A DNA stretch of 63,356 nucleotides, counting the filler, from Reclinomonas americana ATCC 50394 (lineage: Eukaryota), in NCBI GenBank assembly GCA_048213135.1. It is 6 parts of 6 records of this genome, joined end to end, with 100 filler letters (N's around TTAATTAATTAA, not from the genome) between each part and the next. Parts side by side here need not be neighbours in the genome. Positions count along the whole stretch, not along the records: positions 18,553 to 39,270 come from PS015380.1; positions 39,371 to 44,814 come from PS015381.1; 4 more parts are not named here. One strand, given 5' to 3'. A program made the translations under genes and the position numbers. This document shows positions 27,929 through 40,169 of the stretch, in pieces. Under the pieces are notes generated by a model. It was given only the letters and a program-made list of their open reading frames with translations. It was not told where the DNA came from and searched no databases. How positions within the stretch are numbered: the stretch's first letter is position 1; each line of letters opens with the position of its first letter.

Positions 27929-28086
27929 GCTCTCTCACACAATCACTCACAAAGTTGATACACGAGCACAGGACTTTGGAAGTCCCTCAATTCATTGCAT
28001 TCGGGCACCTCTCTCTCTCTTTCCTCACTTGACAAGCGGCCAGCAGCAGCAGAGGACGAGAGCAGTCAGTACAAGGCGAGGATGGC

Positions 28087-29739
28087 TTAGAAACCACCGG
28101 TGCCCAACGAGGCCTCATCGGCGGCCGCCGTCTTCATGAAGTTGACGTAGCCCTCCGACAGGAACTGGGTCGCAGCCAGCGTGCCGACCTGGAACTGCGG
28201 GGAGTACTGTGGTGCGAGGGAGGAAGGAGAGAGAGAGTGAGAATCAAAGCAAAGGAGAAAAGAGCAGGAGAGCACGTGAATGCCGACTCTGCTGCATGCG
28301 CAGGGCGAGGAGCATGAAGGAAGAAGCCCCTGATTGAATGAAGAATGCTCCTGGATCTGCCGTCTGCTTACGTGACCGCACAACAAGAACGCTTTGCAAA
28401 GAAAGGACGCGAGAAGTGTGGAGAAGCGCACATCTGCGCCTAAAAACTCTAACGCAGGCAGTGGAGCGAGGGCAGGAAGAAGGCAAGAAGCAGAAAAGCG
28501 AGAATGCCCACGGCTCTGCCTTCTGGCAGCATAAGAGGAACGCCTAGGTGAGAAGCGCAAGGTAGAGCCCAAGAACAGGGTGCAGGCGTGTGAAGGAAGA
28601 CAGCAACTGTTCACATGGGCGCTTACAAAAAAGTAAACAGAGAACGAGAACCTTCTGGTGAACGGGTTAACGGGGATGCTTTTGCGACGTGAGAACGCGA
28701 AAGGATAGAGCAGAGAGGCGCACAGCTGCGACATCGCAGGCTGTGGAGCGCAGGAAGATGGCAGGAACAGGCGAATGCTTTGAGAAGCACACAACAGAGC
28801 CCAAAGCCTCTGACGAGCGTGCGAAGGAAGTAGCCCGTGACATCAATTCATGGATCTATTGTTGAGAAAGGGCGAGAAAGACGGTGCACATGCGAACACG
28901 CAAGCTTCTGAGCAAGTACAAAACGGTGCGCATTCATGCAACATTGCACGTGGCTCTCAGCAGCGCAGTGCAGTGACAGGGCGATGAGAGGCAAGGAGAG
29001 GAGCGAACGAGTGTGAACGGAGCGGTTGACTGCAATGCTTTCTCGGACACAAGGGGTCAGTGTTGACTGGATGATTCGAGGTGCGCATGATAAGAAGAGA
29101 AAGAGAAGGAGAGAGAGGGAGAGAGAGAGAAAAAGGAGGGCGCGGAAGAGCAAAGAGATTTACCCGCGAAGTCAATACATCTCACAACAGGTACACTCTA
29201 TACAAAAAAAAAAACGCAACGACAGTGGGGTTGGCCATCACCGCGTGATCCAGGCCAATCAGACCAGCAGTGGCCGCGTAGTGCTCACCACTACACATAA
29301 AAAAAAACAAGCACACAAACGCCACATAAGTGAGAGAAAGAAAGAGAAAGAGATATCGGTGAACCCGTGCTCTTTCTCAAGCAGGGAAGCACACAAGCAC
29401 ATAAGAACATGCACTAGCAGGAGCGAGAGAGAGAGGAGAACAAGAAGAAGAAGAAGAAGAAGAAGAAGAACAAGAATGAGAAGAAGAAGAGGAAGAAGAA
29501 GAAAAGTTTCACTGAACTCTCACTATGTCACACACACTCTCTCTCTCTCACACACACACACACTCACTCACACACTCACTCACTCACACTCACTCCTCCA
29601 CTCATCTACTCACACAATCACACACACTCACTCTCCCCTCACTCTCTCACTCTTCCCTCTCTCTCTCTCTCTCTGCCTCTCTCTCACACACACGCAACTT
29701 GGGGCCCACAGCACTCGACAACGACGGAACGGACGACAT
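28087..29739 (-). CDS. Tandem microprotein copy 1 (76 aa; candidate Reb/Tri-like)
   Basis: Exons 29699-29739, 29221-29290 and 28087-28206 give MSSVPSLSSAVGPNGEHYAATAGLIGLDHAVMANPTVYSPQFQVGTLAATQFLSEGYVNFMKTAAADEASLGTGGF*. Confidence 0.85.
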
Positions 29740-29805
29740 TCTTCTCACTCACTCACTCTCACACAAGAAAGCTTGTCCTGTGTCACACACTCACTGACAA
29801 GTTAA

Positions 29806-31239
29806 ATGCTTCTCCGCGCGACCACACGACTGCTCACACTCTCGCGCCCTTCCTGTGCGCATGTGCGCTCATTGGCACTCTTCTCTTCCTCTGCATCGCA
29901 ACCTCCACAAGAGCAACAACAACAACAACAAGAGAATGCAGAAGAAGCAAAGGTAAGTCACCTCCCTCTCTCTCTCTCTTTCTCTTACGCTTGTCACTGT
30001 TTGCAGTCTTGTTGTGCATCTCTCTCTCTCTCTCTCAATCTCTCTGTTGAGATGTGATTGCTGCATCTCTCTCACTCTCCGTCGTTCTCTCCGTATCTCC
30101 TCATGCATTTCTCTCCTCGTCTCCTCCTTTGTTGCTTCTCTCCCTTCCCTTTACAAGCCACTGCCTCTCTCATCTCTCCCTCTCTCTCCCTTCTCTTCCC
30201 TGGCCCTTCACTCTCCGTGTCTTCCTCCTCTTCTTTTCTCTTCCCTCTCTTCTCTCTGCTCTCTTCACTCACTTCCGCTGCTTTGCTCATTCTCCTTCAC
30301 TGCCCACTGCCTCTCCCTTCTCCCTTCCCTCCCTCTTCCTCCTATCCCTCCCTTATCCTCTGCCCCTCTCCTTCTCCTTATCCCTCTCTTTCTCCCTCTC
30401 CCCTCCCTCCTTCTCCTTATCCCTCCCTTCCCCCTTCCCCCTCCCTTCCCCCTGCATAGCCCGGCTTCCTCCGCCGCACCATCCTCCGCTTCATGGGCTA
30501 CTACAGCCTCGAGAGCGTGCATCTGCGCGCCTCCGCCCAGCTCTTCTCCACCATTCGCGCCCAGTGTGAATCGCCGGCACTTTACACGGGTCAGTGTTGA
30601 GACGAGCGCCGAAGAGAAAGAGAGACGTGAACGCCGATCGCTCATCGCTTTTACCGCAGCATTCCAGCTTCCTCGCGACTTTCGCAGCGAGTACGCCATG
30701 CTGACGCTGCATACGTGGTTTGTGCTGTCGCGATTGCGTGCGTGCGGTCGCGAGGGGCAGGATCTGCGGGCGACACTGTGCGAGGCATTGTGGGATGATA
30801 CGTTCCGGAGAGTGCGCGAAAAGGGAGTTGCGTAGTGGCGCGCGTCGCTTGTGCACACTCGCTGCGGTGAGACTCAACCAGACAAATCAAACAAAGGTCA
30901 CGGAGATGCGTGTGGGCAAGCAGGTGAAGCAGTTGCAGCAGTCGTTCCTCGGCGCCGCCGTGTCGTTCGACAAGGGCATTGTTGCGTCTCTCCTCCTGTC
31001 GCGCACGCAGTTTCTTTGTACCAACGACTGCGATGCAGGCCAATACCGCCAACAACAACGAGGCGCTGCGGTCGGCGCTGTGGCGCAACGTGTACGCGGA
31101 ACAGGGAGCGAGCGCCGATCAACCACACATTCACCGGCTCGTCAGCTACGTCTACGGCAACATTCATCGACTAGAGAAGATCTCCAACTACGACATGATG
31201 CACGGACGCGCCACGTTCCAGGAGCTCAAGGCGGAGTGA
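29806..31239 (+). CDS. UQCC1: Ubiquinol-cytochrome c reductase assembly factor (Cbp3/UQCC1)
   Basis: Mitochondrial-type presequence, FQLPRDFRSEYAMLTLHTWFVLSRLR, LWDD, FLGAAVSFDKGI, LRSALWRNVY and LVSYV. Confidence 0.88.
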
Positions 31240-31400
31240 TGAGAACGTAGCGATCGCAGCACCACGCACTATTAGACGACGACGAAAACAATGACTACAT
31301 TCTGCTCTTGTTTGTTTGTTTGCTTTTTCCACTTGGCCACCCGCAAGAAAGAATAAGGGGAAAATACGGTAGCGGGGGTACAACGGCCCACGGCTTGCCC

Positions 31401-32657
31401 TCATGTCTCGTGCATCTTCAACAAATCAAACACTTGCCGCGAGTACCCGTTCGATTGCAGCCATTCCTGCGTGAGGCGAGAGGAGGTGAGCAGAGAAGGC
31501 AAAGGGAATGACGCAGACTCTTGCGGGGCCTGTCACTTCTCACTCCGCCTGCCGTTTGACAGGACACATAATTCTTCCCTAAACAGCAATCGCTATCTGC
31601 GCCACTGCCTTCTTCTCTTGCGTGTTTGCAAGTGCATTCCATTCTCATAATCAAGGCGCTTCTTCTCTCTCCTACCACCTAGTCCTCACATGAGTGCACA
31701 CCTCCCTTCTTCTCAGCCTTGAATCTTGCCGCACTTGGCTTTCTTTTTCTCTTTTCATCTACATCCTCATCCTCGCGAGCGTGCACACCTTTCTTCTTCT
31801 CATGCTTGACATTCACCTCACGTCACTCACGCACTCTCTCCCACTTCCTTGTTCTCGCGAGCTTAGCCACAGTCCGTCTTCTCAAGGTAGACGCTCACCG
31901 CACACCTCACTCACGTCACTCACACACTCTCCCACTTCTTGCTCTGGCGAGCGTGCACATCTTCCTTCTTTTCATGCTTGGCATACATCACACCTCACTC
32001 ACGTCACTCACGCACTCTCATTCGCTGACTCTCGCTCGCACTCTCCCCACTTCTTGTTCCGGCGTACGCAGCCACAGTCCGTCTTCTCGTGTATGAATTT
32101 CACAGCACTTCTTGCACTCGCGATAATTCCCTCCATCCTCGTCCTCGCATTGGTGCACACTTCTTCTCCCAATGCTTATGATAACCTCACTGCTCTCTCG
32201 TCCTCCCGCTCACGTACGCACTCGCTCGCACTCTACCCACTTCCTTGTTCTCGCGTAATTACCACAGACCGTCTTCTGATGCTTCTCTCACTTCACTTCT
32301 GCCACACACATACACTCTCTCCCCACATTCTCATACTCGCGAGTGCACACCATTCTTCTTCTCATGCTTGACATACATCGCACCACTCTCTCGCCACTCC
32401 CACTCACGTACTCACTCCTCTCACATACTCATTTCCGAGTCCACTCCTTCTCCACTAATCTCGTTCTCTTTCCCATCCTACCTTCTCCCTCTCCCTCCCT
32501 CTTTCTGTTTTCCTTCCTTCCCTCTCACCTTGAATGCATCCTTTACATGCTGCTGTATTTCGGCCGTGCATCCCAACTCCTGTCCCCGAGCCTCGGCACG
32601 ACTCTGTGCAACATCAAAGCAGCAGTGAGTCAGCGACAACCCATGGACAGGAGGACA

Positions 32658-32734
<77 letters not shown>

Positions 32735-35700
32735 CTACTACGACGACGACNNNNNNNNNNNNNNNNNNNNGCAACGCATCAAAGTAGGCCTCGGGAACGA
32801 CAAACGGATTTCCCTGTTGAGCACTGTCAGCATTCTAGCGAACGACAAAAATTGCAACACAAAGACACACACAACTCTTGTGTCGCCAGCCATCTCAAAC
32901 GGCACCACAAACGTGAAGAACTCTTGCGGATCCAGCATCTGGCACACTTCGTGTGGAATTGAGTCGCCTGCACATTCGAAACATGAGCACCATCATTTCT
33001 CTGAACATTAAGCAGCACCATCCTCACCATGTGTGGGCACCAGCGGCTTGTCCCACTTGCTGAGGTGGGGATTCACGCCGGCCTGCACCAAGTGCTCCTC
33101 CAACGCCGCGTAGTACGTGTTGTACGGCGCCAGATGGAGGCCGCGGCAGGAGGGCGCCACCACCGGGTACAGATTGACACCTACGTAGGCCACCGAGTCG
33201 AGCACGTTGCTGAAGGAGGCGCCACGACATGGCGCCAGCAGCTGGATCTTCTCCGAGTGCTCGACCGACAGTGCGCCGCTGACCGGTCCGAGCACGATCG
33301 TGCATCGTCGGCAGCCGAAAATGGACACCGATCTGGGGGGTATGAGGAGAAGGAGGGGTTGGGCAAAGAAGAGACTTGACTCGCGCCCTCTCACCATCTC
33401 TATGGTGCATACAGTGGATCTGCTTCGTTCTTTTTCTCTGTCTCCTCTCTTGCTTTCTGCTTGGCTTCACTTTTCACCACTCTGCTGGTTGTTGATTACC
33501 TCCAAACAAACTAGTGTTTCACTCGCGCGGTATACTCACTCTCTCTCGCTCACCATCTGTCTTTCTCACATTCTCTTGCAATTATTTTCACGAATTATCA
33601 GGTGTCTGTTGTTTCTTCTGCTCCTTTCTTCCTCGTTGTCTCTTTCATCACACAGACAAACACACTGCGTCTCTCACTCGCACAGAAGACTCCCGCTTTC
33701 CTCTATTCCATCACTGTACCCCTATCGCTTCTCTCTCTCTCTCTCTCTCGCACACAAACACAATTGTCTTCTTCTCTCACTTCTTCACTGTTTGTCTGCT
33801 TGCATGTTTCTGCTCTTCCCTTTCTTTCTCCTTCAGCTTGTCGCTCTCTACTAAGACGCTGTGTTTGTCACTTGCGCAGGAGATTCACTCTTCTTGTCTT
33901 TTCCGTCTGTCTGCCCATCTCGTTTCTCACTCACTCGCATACGTTCACATTGCCTTCTTTTCTCACATGCTTCGTTCCCTTCTTGATCGTGTCAGTTTGT
34001 GTGTTTCAGCTGGTCCCTTTTTCCTACTCTCCTCTCTCTCTCTCTCCCTGTCGCTCTCTATCTCACATAATCTCACCTCGTCTATCATTCTATAATTTCA
34101 TCTAATCCTCAGTTCAATCTCGACATCGCTTCTGCAATATCTTCCCCTTACCCCGTTCCCGCTTCCCCTTCCCCCCTTCCCCCTTTCCTCCCTTCCCCCC
34201 CTTTTCCCTTCCTCCCTCCTCACCGCAGCGGTCCCAGCAGATAAATGTAACACGACGTGGCACCAAAAATGCGCACATCCACATTGGCCAAATCGTCGGC
34301 CGACGCCGTGCGCAGAATGGTGGTCTTTGACAGATTGGTGAGCGACAAGAGACCCGCAGTGACCGTGGCCTTGTGTGTTGGTGGCTCCATTGGTCTCCAC
34401 GAGCAGCCGGTGAGCGCAGAGTTGAGGGCACGCTGCGACGTGTGCAGGGTGGTGAGCATTGTGCGAAATGACTCCTGTATGCTTTCCTCTCACCTCGACA
34501 GCGGCAGTGGAACAGGGAAGTGGTGGCAGTGCGTGTCGCAGCGGGTGTCCACGATCGCCGTTCTGAAGAATGAACTCCAGGTTGCGTACCGAGGCCTCGT
34601 CAATCTGCAGGAATCGCAGTAATTAATAAAAGTGCAATCCCGATCAGTATTACAATGTAAAACTGCACCTGATCCGTGGCGCCATTGGCCAGCAGCAGGA
34701 ACTCGTGCAGACTGCGCTGAATGTACGAACGGAAACTGTCGCCGAGTGCCGACTGCAGTGAGGCGATGTGAGAACGATACCGCACGCGACGACGGCGGCG
34801 GCAACTGTGACGGGTGTGGAACCTTTTGTGCAAAGGCGGCACTCTTGCTTGGTGAATGTGAGAGTGGTGAGCTTGCGCCCGACGGCGATGGCTCGCTGCT
34901 GTCCTGTGCATTCGGCCATCTGCGGAGGAGTAGCGTGAGATGACTTGATGCAAGAATGATGCTGTGTGTACGCAGGGCAGACGCAACGTGGCATCCATGT
35001 GTTGCCGCGGACTGCGCGTTGTGGAGCGCACAAACAGCTGGCAACCAAGGAACAGGGCGAACTTTTCTTTTGGTGCCGCGCGATACTTTTCAAAGTCATC
35101 GACTGCGGACGATCGATTGATCAGCACCGACGCGCACCGTGGCGAAAAAACAAAAGAACGCAACTTTCACCGGCCTCCCGTGCTCCTAGTTCCTCACGCG
35201 TGCGCAACACAAACTCCTCCGACGGAGCGCTCTCCAGCATCAAGAACAACTCGAACAGACTGGCCAACAGCAAGGAAATGAGGGGCAGGACGGACGAGTG
35301 TGAGAGGAAACGGGAGGTGACGCAACACTCGCGCCTGGCTCTCCGACAGTCGCAGTGACTCTGCAGCAGTCTCCATCCATTCCCAGAATCTGCGGGGCGG
35401 ATCAGCAGCAGAGCGAAGAAGAGAAGCACAGCACAGCGATGCAACAAAGCACAGCAGAGCGATGCAGCGAAGCACAGAGCGATGAAGCGAAGCACAGCAG
35501 AGCGATGCAGCGAAGCACAGCAGAGCGATGCAGCGAAGCACAGCAGAGCGATGCAGCGAAGCACAGCAGAGCGATGCAGCGAAGCACAGCAGAGCGATGC
35601 AGCGAAGCACAGCAGAGCGATGCAGCGAAGCACAGCAGAGCGACGCAGCGAAGCACAGCAGAGCGACACAGCGAAGCACAGCAGAGCGACACAGCGAAGC

Positions 35701-36691
35701 ACAGCAGAGCGACACAGCGAAGCACAGCAGAGCGACGCATAGCAGAGCGAAGAAGCGAAGCACAGCAGAGCGACACAGCGAAGCACAGCAGAGCGACACA
35801 GCGAAGCACAGCAGAGCGACGCAGCGAAGCACACCAGAGCGACGCATAGCAGAGCGAAGAAGCGAAGCGCGAAGAAAAATGTACAGAAGCTGCCACCACC
35901 CCAGCGATCCATCTCGTCCACCCTCCACTGTGCACGCAACTGCAGCTCCGGCGGCCACTCCGCCACCAACCGCAGCAACGCCGCAAAGTTGTACGTCGGC
36001 GGCAACGCGATGTGCAACAGACCGCACTCGAACACTGCCGAGCGCACGACAACCTCCGCCTGTGACGACGCAGAAGCTGTGCCTCCCGTGGCTGTGGAAG
36101 ACGACGATGATGATGATCCGCCAGAGGAGCCGAGCTTGCCGCCCTGCAAGCGTGAATGACAAGTGGTGAGAGAGAGAGAGAGGGTGAAGATGTGCAAGGA
36201 TGTGATCGATGTCTTGCTGGAATGAAAGAGTGAAATGTGTGCGAGTGTGTGTGTGTGTGTGTGTGGAACTGGGGGTGAGAGAAGTTCGTGAATGAGACAA
36301 GACGAGCAGATTGAAGAGGGACTGTTACTGCATGTGAAACGCGGTGCAACACAAAGCGTGTGTCTGTGTGTGTATGAGAGAGAGAGAAGAGAACGATATT
36401 GAGATAGATGATGCAACACACGTGTGCATTTGTGTCTGCTTGCGAGTAAAGATAACAACAGACAGCAAGCAGCCTGTCTGCGTGCGTGTGTGTGCGAGTG
36501 AGAGTGTGTATGAGAGAGAGAGACTCAACTCGTCCACCACCAGCCGACGAAAAGGCACCACTACTCGCACTCACAGTAGAGCTGCCTCCACGACTTCCAG
36601 CACCAGCAGCAGAAGAACCACCTCCACTACCAGTGCCACCAGCAGAAGCAGCAGGCGTGCTGCTCACGTTCCCAGTGCGTCGAGTGGCCAT
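31401..36691 (-). CDS. TBCCD1: TBCC-domain-containing protein 1
   Basis: C-CAP/TBCC beta-helix YIYLLGPLRSVSIFGCRRCTIVLGPV...LAPYNTYY...NPHLSKWDKP, LDPQEFFTFVVPF, and terminal EWLQSNGYSRQVFDLL. Confidence 0.88.
31760..32420. repeat. Degenerate ~180-bp tandem repeat in a TBCCD1 intron
   Basis: GCGAGCGTGCACA...TCATGCTTG(A/G)CAT recurs at ~31775, 31947 and 32338 (weaker ~32150). Confidence 0.55.
35401..35870. repeat. 23-bp minisatellite (CAGCGAAGCACAGCAGAGCGATG)n inside a TBCCD1 intron
   Basis: Directly visible; about 18-20 units with ATG/ACG/ACA variants. Confidence 0.95.
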
Positions 36692-37808
36692 GGCGCGAAA
36701 AAACGACAGAGAAACAAAACAAACTTTCTTGTGCGTGTGACTGTGTGCTTCGACGATCGCTCTCTCTCTCTTTCTCTCTGTCTTGTTGTGTTGCTGTTGC
36801 GCTGATACACACAAGAGCGCGCGATGTGATGTGACGATGCACCGTTTGCGCGAGCACGTGCATTTGTCTGCGATTGGCCTCGATTTAACATAATTGCGGC
36901 CGATCGGCAGCGGCAACAACAGCAGCTTTACTAGTTCAAGCAGCAGCACAACTGCATGATAATCACCATCTTGAGTTGAGCACCGGGAGCGAAGACTTTC
37001 CGGAAAACAATTGCATGAATTCGAATTCGAAATGCGTGCTTGTTTCATGCCGGCGTTTCTGCAACCGGATGCGGCGCAACAACAACAAAAAACTTCACTA
37101 ATCCATGCAGCACCGCAGCTGCGAAATAATCAGCATTTCGAGCGAGCACCCGAAGCACAAGCTCTACGGGAAAGTTTGAAAGAATGCGAATTCGAAATGT
37201 CACAGCTGGCGTTACTGCAACGTGGTTGCACGTAGAACGATGGGGTTGAGTTCGATAGGCAGGTGTTATTAAACTGCCGTTGCGGCCCGCGGCTGTGAAC
37301 TCCTCGAAAAACGGAAAATACTTCGTATCGAATTCGTACATTCATCACCAAGCGGATCCAAAAGCCCTCGAGTCGAATCCTTTCCCGGAATTGCTTAGCC
37401 ACTCCTACCAACCATGGTCGAAAAAGCACAGCAGCTCTTCTCCGTACGGCCGTCTTTTCTTTCGAACTCAAGAAGCAAGACATGGCCAGGCTGTCGACGT
37501 TTGCGAATTGCGATTCATTGGAAAGCCGCTACATCCGCGTGTGCCAACCCAATGTGCAATGCTCTACACCGCGCAGGAGCCTCGCAGCTTTCTGACTTCG
37601 CCATCCACGGATCCGCACAACGTCGACGTCGTTGAATTCAACTCTTCAACGCACACCGCCGTCAACGCACGCACGCACGCACACACACAGCGCACACCAC
37701 CACAACAATCGCGAAACCGACACACTCCATTCCACGCACGAGGCGGACACGGAACGTCGAAAAAATTACAAAACACACACACGCAAGCATACACACAACG
37801 CACACACA

Positions 37809-38270
37809 ATGGCCAGCAATCGCAAAGCCGAAGGTCAGTGCCACACAACACACACACACTCTCTCTTACACACACACAAACGCACAATGCAAAAATTACG
37901 AATGTGCACGGCGGCTCCCCTCTCTCACTCTCTCACACTCTCACACATAACACACACAGGCTTTGCCAAGCTCATTGGACCCGACTTTGAGTATCTGGTG
38001 CAACGCATGAGCATCACCTTTGGGCGGTTTCCTGCAGCAGCAGCAGCCGCGGCCGCAGCTGCTGCCGCCAAGTCGCCTCCTTCCGGGGATGTGAGCGCAG
38101 GCGCAGTGTCTTCTTCTTCTTCGTCATCCTCCGACTCTGTGGATGTGTATGTGGGACGCGACAAGAAGCTGTCGCGGAAGCACGGGAGGATCTACTATGA
38201 TGTGGAACAGAGGCGATGGATGGTGCAAGTGATTGGTCGCAATGGGTTGTGTGTCGATGGGAAGGAGTTG
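37809..38270 (+). CDS. FHA-domain protein (Fkh/FHA1-like N-terminus), 3' truncated
   Basis: GFAKLIGPDFEYLVQRMSITFGR...VDVYVGRDKKLSRKHGRIYYD...VIGRNGLCVDG (FHA GR, SRxH and NG motifs). Confidence 0.85.
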
Positions 38271-38743
38271 AGTGTGGCGGGCACAGGGGGAGGGTACAGG
38301 GAGAGAGAGCAAGAGAGCAAGAGAGAAAAGCGTGTGTGAGAGAGATGAATGAGATGAATGAGAACGCAGAGAGAACGTGTCTGTGCGTACCTAAGTCTTT
38401 ATGCACCAGGGAGTAGCTGCAAGCAGTGTGTGAGTGTGAGTGTGAGACTGTGTGTCTCTATCGCTCGCTCCACTCGGAGATTTGCTCGTGATTAGTGTCG
38501 CTGTGCGGGTTTGCTTCGTCGTGCCGCCTTCTCACGCGCGAAAAGCAGTTTGCGAGATTGCACAGCTCACTCTCTCTCTCTCCTCCACGTTGAGAAACCC
38601 TCGTTCTGCGATCTGTGTTCTGTGCGTGTGCGCGTGATATGTCTGTCCTCTCTCGCTTGCATCTCTCGGAGTCTTGCATGCGCAGTGCGGGTTGCTTCCA
38701 CTTGCCGCCCTCCCGCGTACGAAGCAGTTTGCGAGATTGCGCA

Positions 38744-38780
<37 letters not shown>

Positions 38781-39394
38781 AAATGAGGCAGCCTTTCTCT
38801 CGCATGCTTCTCGTGCTTGCATGTACCCGGCTTTGCAGCCACCAGCAGCTTGAGAGAGGTGGCTTCTTTGTTATGCCTGTTCTGGCAGTAGAAGAGAGAG
38901 AGAGAGACACGTGAGAGACGCTCTTTAACTTCCCGTTTGCGCCTTGATAACAGAAAGAACTCGTTTACGAGAGAACGTTCTGTGCTTGACATACAGGCAG
39001 ACTCGAGCGAAGAAAGTGATCGTTGCAGACGTGCCAGGAAACGTAGTCTATCTTGCTCATCTTCCCGAAACACTCTTTGTCTCTTTTATGTTTCTCTTCC
39101 GTTCCTTTTTCTCTCTTTCTTCCTTCTCCTGAGAGTGGGAGTGCGTATGTACGCGTGTGCGTCGTACAAGCGCCATCTCACTTGCGTGATTTCTCTCTGT
39201 AGCTGTCGTGTTCTCTTTGCCATTCCACACTCACTCGTTTTCATCTCGCGCACCTTTGTTCCCTTTCGATNNNNNNNNNNNNNNNNNNNNNNNNNNNNNN
39301 NNNNNNNNNNNNNNTTAATTAATTAANNNNNNNNNNNNNNNNNNNNNNNNNNNNNNNNNNNNNNNNNNNNGGCGGCGACGTGTTGCCGGCCGAG

Positions 39395-40127
39395 TTATGG
39401 CTTGCTGCTGGCAGCGTCGCGATCGGCGGCATTCGACGACGACGACGACTTGGGCCGCGTCGCGTAGTAGGCCAAGCCGGCGAGGCCAATGACGGCCACG
39501 GTGCCGAGTGCCACCGCGAGAATGTTGGTCGAGTCCCATGGACGCTCGCCGCTCACCTGTTTATGGTCGATATGCATCAGCGTATAGTTATTCAGCAAGG
39601 AGAAGCGGCACGCAAAAAACGGCACCTGGCCAGTGACGGCGTCCACCATGAAATGGTAGTCCTTCCCGTTGAACCTGTGCGTGGATGAGCAACGAGGGGA
39701 AAGGAAAAGAAAAAAGTGGTTGTGACGACGACGCACTTGTATGTGCCATAGTAGACGGGAGTGTAGACGAGAGCGTAGCCATTGTCGACGATGTCGAGGC
39801 TGGTGCGCCACCTGGGTGAGCACGGACGGAGCACATCGAGAGAGAGGATCAATGGACATTTCGCAACTCTACGCGGTTGCTGTGCCAGGTGAACGGCGCG
39901 TTGCCGAAGCGGTTGCGCACATTCTTCTGTGACTCGGCTTGCAGCAACTCGCGGATGTGTGGGAAGGCCTGCGGTGTGTAGCAAGGGGAGTCAAAGGGAG
40001 GGGAGGACGGGAGCAAAGGCAAAGTCGCTGTCTGCTGGCCCAACTCGCAGACAAGTCGCAGTCTGCTGCCCACACTCATTAGCTTCTCTCTAAGCTTTCA
40101 ATGGAAGGCCACACTGCTCATTCTTTT

Positions 40128-40169
<42 letters not shown>

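Noticed and set aside
25902..29175. MHTSN/MRTSN short ORFs in array introns as nested peptides
   Set aside because: Similarity is confined to the conserved DNA block, and frames diverge immediately after; it is reported as a non-coding element instead.
35121..37048. Long Cys-rich ORFs
   Set aside because: These are translations of a 23-bp intronic minisatellite within TBCCD1.
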